NCBI GenBank assembly: GCA_046758445.1
Contig: JBHIAE010000071.1
Span: forward strand, 1 to 12,959
Length of the DNA stretch: 12,959 bases
Direction: 5' to 3'
Source: Candidatus Thorarchaeota archaeon
GTDB lineage: Archaea; Asgardarchaeota; Thorarchaeia; Thorarchaeales; Thorarchaeaceae
A program made the position numbers and the translations under genes. A model generated the notes under the pieces. The model was not told the DNA's origin and made no database searches. It saw only the letters and a program-made list of their open reading frames with translations. Of this stretch, positions 8,141 through 12,959 are shown piece by piece. The first letter of the stretch is position 1. Each line of letters starts with the position of its first letter.

Positions 8141-9220
8141 TTATTCGTTGTCTATTCGCTCTTCAGAAGACGCGACTGAAGCACCCACAAACCTCTCTGA
8201 TTCTACATACCTCGCTCGATCCGGCATGAGCCCTCCCACCTCGAGGCTTTCCATGAATTGGCGGAACATCTCAGGAGTGAGTGACTGCGCTCCGTCTACC
8301 AGGGCTTCTTCAGGCCGCGGATGAACTTCCATCATGATTCCATCCGCACCTACTGCAAGCCCACCACGAGCAAGGGGAATCACTATGTCTCTCTTGCCGG
8401 CTGCGTGGCTTGGATCCACCACTAGAGGAAGATGGGTCAGATTTCTCAAGACTGGAATGCTGCTCAGGTCCAATGTGAACCGGATGTGGTTACTGTGTGT
8501 TCTGATTCCTCGCTCACATAGGATGACGTTGTGGTTGCCTTCAGACATTATGTACTCTGCCGCGGAGAGGAGTTCAGTGAGTGTGGCCCACATTCCTCTC
8601 TTCAGCAAAACTGGTTTCATCGACCGGCCAGCACGTTTCAACAGGGAATAGTTCTGCATATTTCGAGCACCAATCTGTAGAATGTCGACATAGGTTTCCA
8701 CCGCGGCAAGGCTCTCTACATCCACTGCCTCCGATACTACCGGAAGACCAGTGCGCTCTCGGGCCTCAGCAAGAAGCTTCAAACCCTCAACTCCAAGACC
8801 CTGGAATGAATAGGGCGACGTCCGCGGCTTGAAAGCCCCTCCGCGTAGAATGTCGCCACCGATGTCCTTTACGAGCTCTGCAGACTCGATTATTTGTTCC
8901 CTGGATTCCACACTGCACGGCCCTGCAATGATCACAGGACGCTTTCCACCAATCTCGACGTCCCCGACCTCGATGACAGTGCCCTCTATCCTCACTTCGA
9001 TGTCTGCCAGCTTATACGGTTTGGTTACATGGATGACCTCCGTGACCCCAGGCAGTACTTCAAGCCTGCTTGAGTCCATCAGGTCGACGCTGCCGGTGAT
9101 GTTGATCACGGTTCGATGAGCCCCAGGATTGGGTAGTGCTTTGTATCCTAGCTCCTCGACGACTTCTATGACTCTCTCTATCTGTTCCTTTGTTGCATCC
9201 TTGTACATTACTACTAGCAT
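8141..9220 (-). CDS. aroF: DAHP synthase, type I-beta with N-terminal ACT-like (ferredoxin-like) regulatory domain
   Basis: IAGPCSVES, RGGAFKPRTSPYSFQG, QIGARNMQN, LLKRG, CERGIR, DPSH, EVHP, DGAQSL. The N-terminal ~70 aa (MLVVM...ATKEQIERV...VTKPYKLA) resemble the Thermotoga-type regulatory domain. GGAGGT lies 8 nt before ATG 9220 (alternative TTG 9226). Confidence 0.96.
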   Translation of the reverse strand: MLVVMYKDATKEQIERVIEVVEELGYKALPNPGAHRTVINITGSVDLMDSSRLEVLPGVTEVIHVTKPYKLADIEVRIEGTVIEVGDVEIGGKRPVIIAGPCSVESREQIIESAELVKDIGGDILRGGAFKPRTSPYSFQGLGVEGLKLLAEARERTGLPVVSEAVDVESLAAVETYVDILQIGARNMQNYSLLKRAGRSMKPVLLKRGMWATLTELLSAAEYIMSEGNHNVILCERGIRTHSNHIRFTLDLSSIPVLRNLTHLPLVVDPSHAAGKRDIVIPLARGGLAVGADGIMMEVHPRPEEALVDGAQSLTPEMFRQFMESLEVGGLMPDRARYVESERFVGASVASSEERIDNE

Positions 9221-9240
9221 TTTCAATTACCTCCGTTTCA

Positions 9241-10302
9241 CTAACTCAAATTGTACACCGATTCTACCACCCTTATCTCAGTCCTGCCCAGCTCGACAAG
9301 TACCGGAAGAATGAGCTGCCCATGCCGCACTTTCTTGTCCTGTCGCATGATTTCATCCAACCCTCTGACGTCCATGGATGACGGAATCTCAGTGGGCAGA
9401 CCAAACATGGATAGGATAGAAACCAGTAGTTCGCTGGACTGACTATCAAGAAGGCCCATCCTTTTAGCCAATTTAGCCTCCTCCACCATTCCCATTGCGA
9501 CTGCTTGACCATGTTGCACAGTGTGATCCGAGCAGATCTCTATGGCATGACCAATTGTGTGGCCAAAGTTTAGTATCTCCCTCTTTCTCCCCTCCTCTCT
9601 CTCATCCTGTTCAACGACTCGTGCCTTGTTCCTCAAGCATCTCTCCACAATCAGAGCGAGCGTGTCCAGATCTCTGTTGAGTATCTCATCCTTGCTGTTG
9701 ACAAGAATATCAAGCAACTCTGAGTCCATAATCATTCCATACTTGATAACCTCGGACAGTCCTGCTGTGAACTCATTTGCGGAAAGCGTCGTGAGAGTAC
9801 AGACGTCCGCTATCACAGCATGTGGCTGATAGAAGGTCCCGACCAGATTCTTCCCATCAGGAAGATTGACCGCAGTCTTGCCTCCAAGTGCTGAATCAAC
9901 CTGTGCCAGTAGTGTAGTTGGCACCTGAATCAGTCGCGTCCCTCTCTTGTATGTCGAGGCCACGAACCCGGCGATATCTCCAATGACTCCACCTCCGAGC
10001 GCGAGCACAGTATCAGACCTTGAAGCTAGATTCTCCGTTAGAAAGTCATAGAGTGCACCAGTCGTTTCCAATGTCTTGATAGACTCTCCAGCAGGGAGAA
10101 TCTTAGTAATCGCCTCTATGTCGGAACCATTCAGACCATTCAGAAGTGGATCGAGATGAATCTCTGAGATCACGCCATCAGTTATCACAAAGACTCTGTC
10201 CGCTGTATCACCTATGTGATGACCCACCTCGCCAAGGAGGTCTTGCCCGACACAGACGGGATAACGTCTGGTCTGCGTCTTTACTTCAAATGACACATAC
10301 AT
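9241..10302 (-). CDS. aroB: 3-dehydroquinate synthase (bacterial-type)
   Basis: GESIKT, ALGGGVIGDIAGF, RG...IQVPTTLLAQVDSALGGKTAVN, KNLVGTFYQP, EVIKY, LNFGHTIGHAIE, HGQAVAMGM, DKK. TAATG overlap with the tyrA stop. Confidence 0.98.
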   Translation of the reverse strand: MYVSFEVKTQTRRYPVCVGQDLLGEVGHHIGDTADRVFVITDGVISEIHLDPLLNGLNGSDIEAITKILPAGESIKTLETTGALYDFLTENLASRSDTVLALGGGVIGDIAGFVASTYKRGTRLIQVPTTLLAQVDSALGGKTAVNLPDGKNLVGTFYQPHAVIADVCTLTTLSANEFTAGLSEVIKYGMIMDSELLDILVNSKDEILNRDLDTLALIVERCLRNKARVVEQDEREEGRKREILNFGHTIGHAIEICSDHTVQHGQAVAMGMVEEAKLAKRMGLLDSQSSELLVSILSMFGLPTEIPSSMDVRGLDEIMRQDKKVRHGQLILPVLVELGRTEIRVVESVYNLS

Positions 10303-11186
10303 TATGAATCGCCCTCCGACACAGTCCCTCTCCCCATGATTTCCAGTAGGCGATACATCTCACCATACTTGTTCTCTAGGTTCATGTGCTGTTCTAGATT
10401 CGACTTTACGTTGGTGTAGAGCTCCCTAAAGTCATTGGTGTCCTGAGTGAGTGTGGCCAGTCCACTCTCAAGTTTCGATTGGAAATTCCTCAAGACACTG
10501 TCAACATGCGGATTCTCCTTGTGCAATGCTGCATGGAGGGCACAGGAATTTGACATGATACTGCCAGTGAGAAGCAGCTGGACTGCAAAGGTTGTGCCAC
10601 CCAGTCGCCTCAACGACGTCAGGTCTTCATCCGACAGGACTGAAGCTATGATCATGTTCACGAAGTATGGGAGAGAAACAGTAAGAGCCATGGCTCTATC
10701 ATGCTCTTCTCGGTCTACAGTGATGATCTGATACTTCGGGAAGAGTGCTTCAACGAGTCGCTGCTCGTCTTCTGGGTCCGATATCGGAACAAGTACCATC
10801 TTCTTATTCAATGAACGCGCACCCGGCCCAAACATTGGATGGATGGACAGAGGTCGTAACTGGAGAGCCACAATCTCATGAAGAACCTCGGGTATCTTTC
10901 CCTTTACGGATGATATCTCGCAGAGAACAGCATCTCGTTTCATGTGCGGAGCGACTTCTTGAATGACCTCGGCCGTAATCTCTATTGGCACTGAGATGAC
11001 AACCACATCAGCATTCTTCGCAGCTGCTGCATTGCTACTTGCCAGAGTCAGGTCGAATAACTCAGCTATCTCTCTCAATTCATTGCTTTGGGGATCTGAA
11101 GCTATGAGAGTGTGGCCGTGTTCATCGAAGTGTTCGAGAAGCCACCTACCCATCCGTCCTGCTCCACCGATGACTGCAATTTTCAT
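10302..11186 (-). CDS. tyrA: TyrA-family prephenate/arogenate dehydrogenase
   Basis: MKIAVIGGAGRMG Rossmann motif, VISVPI, EISSVK, SIHPMFGP, EEHDRAMA, GGTTF. GGAGGTG RBS and ATGA overlap at 11186-11183. The 39 extra N-terminal residues of the track ORF are overlap with the upstream gene. Confidence 0.93.
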   Translation of the reverse strand: MKIAVIGGAGRMGRWLLEHFDEHGHTLIASDPQSNELREIAELFDLTLASSNAAAAKNADVVVISVPIEITAEVIQEVAPHMKRDAVLCEISSVKGKIPEVLHEIVALQLRPLSIHPMFGPGARSLNKKMVLVPISDPEDEQRLVEALFPKYQIITVDREEHDRAMALTVSLPYFVNMIIASVLSDEDLTSLRRLGGTTFAVQLLLTGSIMSNSCALHAALHKENPHVDSVLRNFQSKLESGLATLTQDTNDFRELYTNVKSNLEQHMNLENKYGEMYRLLEIMGRGTVSEGDS

Positions 11187-12580
11187 CTCAACACCTCCTC
11201 CATTTGCTCCATTGCTTTGACAAGCAATTCCTTGGGCTGACAGACTGCTACTCTGAAGAATAAAGCATATTGAGAACCATAGACAGTCCCGGGCATTACA
11301 CATACGCCGGTTTCCGAGAGAAGCCGCTCTGCAAACTCCCGGCCTCGCATTAGTCCCTCGGCTAACTTAACGAAAATGTAGAAACCACCGTCAGCTTGGC
11401 GGAATGTAACCGGAAGTCTGCCCAGTAGTTTGTTGGTGATATCCAGCCTAGACTTGATCGTCGCTGCGTTGTCCTGCACTTCCTCTTCACAATCAAGTGC
11501 AGCAAGACCAGCATACTGAATGAACTCGGGAACACAGGTGACGTGCAAATGCTGCAGGCCAGCCATCTTCTTGATTGTGTCTTTGTCAGAAACTGCATAT
11601 CCCAATCTGAACCCGGTCATTCCATACGGCTTAGAGAAAGACTTGACAGTGACCTGGTTGCAATGCGGAAACTGTAGAATGCTTGTGTGGGGAGAATATG
11701 AGAATCTTGAATAGACCTCGTCGCTGACGATGCGAATGTCATTCTCTGCTGCAAGATCGACCAGCTTTCTCATTGTTGATTCGTCGAGTACTTTGCCAGT
11801 TGGATTGCATGGACTGTTCAGCATGATCATTCTTGTTGACGGGCTGACATTCCTTTGCAGAAGATCTACATCGAGATCCCAACCGTCATCTAGGTCAGTT
11901 GGAAAGTGGATAGGACGTCCGCCTACAGCTCTCACACACCTAGAATACGCCGGAAAGGACGGGTCGATGATAATGACCTCCTCCCCCGCTTGAATAGTTG
12001 TGGCCATACTTAGGAAGAGCGCATACTTGCCGCTCAAAGTCACAATGACTTCTTCCGGCGAGACATCTCGATCATATCGGGAACCGAGCTTATCGGCGAT
12101 CTTCTCCCTGAGAGATGGTATCCCAACAGACGGCGTATAGTGAGTGCATCCTGAGTCTACCGCCTCTGCCATGGCCTTCAATGCTGCTTCAGGAGGGCCA
12201 AAGTCTGGCTCACCTACTTCGAGATGGATTACTTCCCTCCCAGAACGTTCCATCTCCTTCGCTCTTACAAAGTGGGCGTGGGCATTGAATGCAACATTCG
12301 GCTCCGCGTCCTTCCTTTGTATACGAATGGAATCAGAGATGAGCTGGTTGAGCAGTCTTGCTCCGAAATCAGGATCAACACCAATCCCTCTGCATCGATT
12401 GACTACTGCCTCTCTTAGGTGAATCTCGACTTCACGATTGATGACTGGCGCTCCCAGGGCTGTTTTCTCCTTGGCCACATCTTCCACAAGCGAGTTGCGC
12501 CGTCCAACGCAATCTATGATCTCAAGTGTGATTCTCTCAATCTTACTGCGTAAGGCATCTAGCTGTGCCCTCTCTGTCAA
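11183..12580 (-). CDS. Fusion: AroQ-type chorismate mutase (N-terminal ~90 aa) + class I/II PLP-dependent (aspartate/aromatic/prephenate) aminotransferase
   Basis: N-terminus LDALRSKI...RRNSL...KEK...REVE...DSIRIQ fits the AroQ pattern. The C-terminal part has HLEVGEPDF, HYTPSVGIPSLR, NSPCNPTG, SDEVY, SFSKPYGMTGFRLG (PLP Lys) and GGFY. TTG 12580 is preferred over ATG 12628 because AAGGGGGT lies 9 nt upstream and AroQ homology begins right there. Confidence 0.9.
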   Translation of the reverse strand: MTERAQLDALRSKIERITLEIIDCVGRRNSLVEDVAKEKTALGAPVINREVEIHLREAVVNRCRGIGVDPDFGARLLNQLISDSIRIQRKDAEPNVAFNAHAHFVRAKEMERSGREVIHLEVGEPDFGPPEAALKAMAEAVDSGCTHYTPSVGIPSLREKIADKLGSRYDRDVSPEEVIVTLSGKYALFLSMATTIQAGEEVIIIDPSFPAYSRCVRAVGGRPIHFPTDLDDGWDLDVDLLQRNVSPSTRMIMLNSPCNPTGKVLDESTMRKLVDLAAENDIRIVSDEVYSRFSYSPHTSILQFPHCNQVTVKSFSKPYGMTGFRLGYAVSDKDTIKKMAGLQHLHVTCVPEFIQYAGLAALDCEEEVQDNAATIKSRLDITNKLLGRLPVTFRQADGGFYIFVKLAEGLMRGREFAERLLSETGVCVMPGTVYGSQYALFFRVAVCQPKELLVKAMEQMEEVLR

Positions 12581-12765
12581 AGACCATCGACCCCCTTTGA
12601 GATGATTACAGTCAGCTCTCTGTTGCATGACATGAATTCACTAGCCACTAGAGAGGTCCCATCGGGAATCCCAGCATTTGCAGAGTCATCAGTTAGAACC
12701 ATAGAATCACCAGAACAAGGACCTGGGGTAAACAGGTCAAAACAAGTCAGTGACTCTCGAATCAC
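12577..12765 (-). other. 62-codon bridging upstream ORF (no Tyr or Trp codons) between the leader peptide and the first operon gene
   Basis: Its GTG start (12765) overlaps the leader TGA (GTGA) and its TGA stop (12579-12577) overlaps the TTG start of the fusion gene (TTGA). No recognisable homology. Confidence 0.35.
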
Positions 12766-12787
12766 AGACTATAGCTATAACTATAGT
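12720..12787 (-). terminator. Putative attenuator RNA structures: three hairpins and a U-rich tract
   Basis: In mRNA sense: H1 ACUAUAG-UUAUAG-CUAUAGU (12787-12768, on the Tyr codons); H2 AGUC-U-GUGAUU-CGAG-AGUCAC-U-GACU (12770-12745, containing the leader stop) followed by UGUUUUGACCUGUUU; H3 GACCUG-UUUACCC-CAGGUC (12738-12720). Found by eye; no folding energies computed. Confidence 0.5.
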
Positions 12788-12860
12788 AGCCACTAAACTG
12801 ACCGGCTCTACCAGTCATGTACATGTAAGTGGCTTTCTCAGTGAACTTCGAGAGTTTCAT
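12762..12860 (-). CDS. Putative Tyr-rich leader (attenuator) peptide, 32 aa: MKLSKFTEKATYMYMTGRAGQFSGYYSYSYSL
   Basis: Manual translation of the minus strand from ATG 12860 to TGA 12764-12762 gives 6 Tyr, 2 Phe and 0 Trp, with the cluster TAC TAT AGT TAT AGC TAT AGT just before the stop. It lies between the putative promoter and a tyrosine-biosynthesis operon. Internal Met13 and Met15 are alternative starts. Confidence 0.8.
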   Translation of the reverse strand: MKLSKFTEKATYMYMTGRAGQFSGYYSYSYSL

Positions 12861-12885
12861 TAGCCGGCTTCTTCTCTACGAAGCC

Positions 12886-12899
12886 TATTATACTTTGTC
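12886..12899 (-). promoter_or_regulatory. Putative archaeal promoter (BRE-like GACAAAG + TATA-like TATAATA) for the leader/aro operon
   Basis: The minus strand reads tGACAAAG-TATAATA-ggc. The box ends 25 nt before the leader ATG, the spacing expected when transcription starts at or next to the ATG (leaderless mRNA). Confidence 0.6.
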
Positions 12900-12959
12900 A
12901 GCAGAGCGGCTCTGTTGCAAAACTGATGTAACACTCGGACAGAAAGAGTGGGAGGGGTG

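Noticed and set aside
8141-8245. ~30-aa C-terminal extension of the DAHP synthase containing an SD-like GAGGTGGGAGG and an in-frame ATG
   Set aside because: The tail is low-information with no recognisable domain (not a chorismate mutase), and there is no evidence for a separate product.
3661-12422. Numerous plus-strand ORFs of 60-211 aa and short alternate-frame minus ORFs inside the aro operon (e.g. 6011-6646, 8334-8651, 9273-9512)
   Set aside because: They are antisense or alternate-frame shadows of well-supported genes, with no motifs or RBSs.
12581-12628. N-terminal extension MQQRADCNHLKGGRWS of the fusion protein in the ORF track
   Set aside because: No SD precedes ATG 12628, the SD-like AAGGGGGT lies inside the extension, and AroQ homology starts after TTG 12580.
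12768-12787. CTATAG-CTATAA-CTATAG tandem hexamers as a microsatellite or CRISPR-like repeat
   Set aside because: Only three units, explained by alternating Tyr/Ser codons. No repeat-spacer array was seen anywhere in the window.
12602-12796. Plus-strand 64-aa ORF ending in DYSYNYSSH, also Tyr-rich
   Set aside because: It is the antisense shadow of the near-palindromic (CTATAR)n Tyr/Ser codon run of the minus-strand leader. It is on the wrong strand for the operon and has no RBS.
12887-12920. Bacterial sigma70 reading of the promoter: TTGCAA (-35) and TATAAT (-10)
   Set aside because: The spacer is 22 nt, far from the usual 16-18. The archaeal BRE/TATA reading fits the 25-nt distance to the leader ATG better, but a bacterial promoter is not fully excluded.
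12945-12959. Plus-strand GGGAGGGGTG at the window end as the RBS/start of a divergent gene
   Set aside because: The window ends here, so it cannot be evaluated.

Overview
A roughly 50% GC prokaryotic window. It is most likely archaeal: GGAGG(TGA)-type RBSs, a TATA/BRE-like promoter, a chorismate mutase-aminotransferase fusion and a C-terminally anchored surface protein. A Thorarchaeia/Bathyarchaeia-like host is my guess only. The left 3.6 kb holds ordinary genes: a 5'-truncated HAD hydrolase, a secreted membrane-anchored protein, a chagasin/I42-like small protein, a QueG/RdhA-like 2x[4Fe-4S] protein, a SAM methyltransferase and a stand-alone ATP-cone protein. The right 9.2 kb is one tightly coupled minus-strand operon taking PEP+E4P to tyrosine: [aroQ-aminotransferase fusion]-tyrA-aroB-aroF-aroD-aroE-aroK-aroA-aroC, with no pheA or trp genes. 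The main discovery lies upstream of the operon and is absent from the ORF track. A 32-codon leader ORF (12860->12762, MKLSKFTEKATYMYMTGRAGQFSGYYSYSYSL*) has 6 Tyr codons, 4 of them in the last 8 sense codons. It starts 25 nt after a TATAATA box, which suggests a leaderless transcript. It overlaps competing hairpins followed by a U-rich tract, and a Tyr-free 62-codon ORF links it to the first gene with 4-nt overlaps at both ends. This looks like a tyrosine-sensing, ribosome-mediated attenuator in a probable archaeon. aroA also appears to start at a non-canonical CTG codon.
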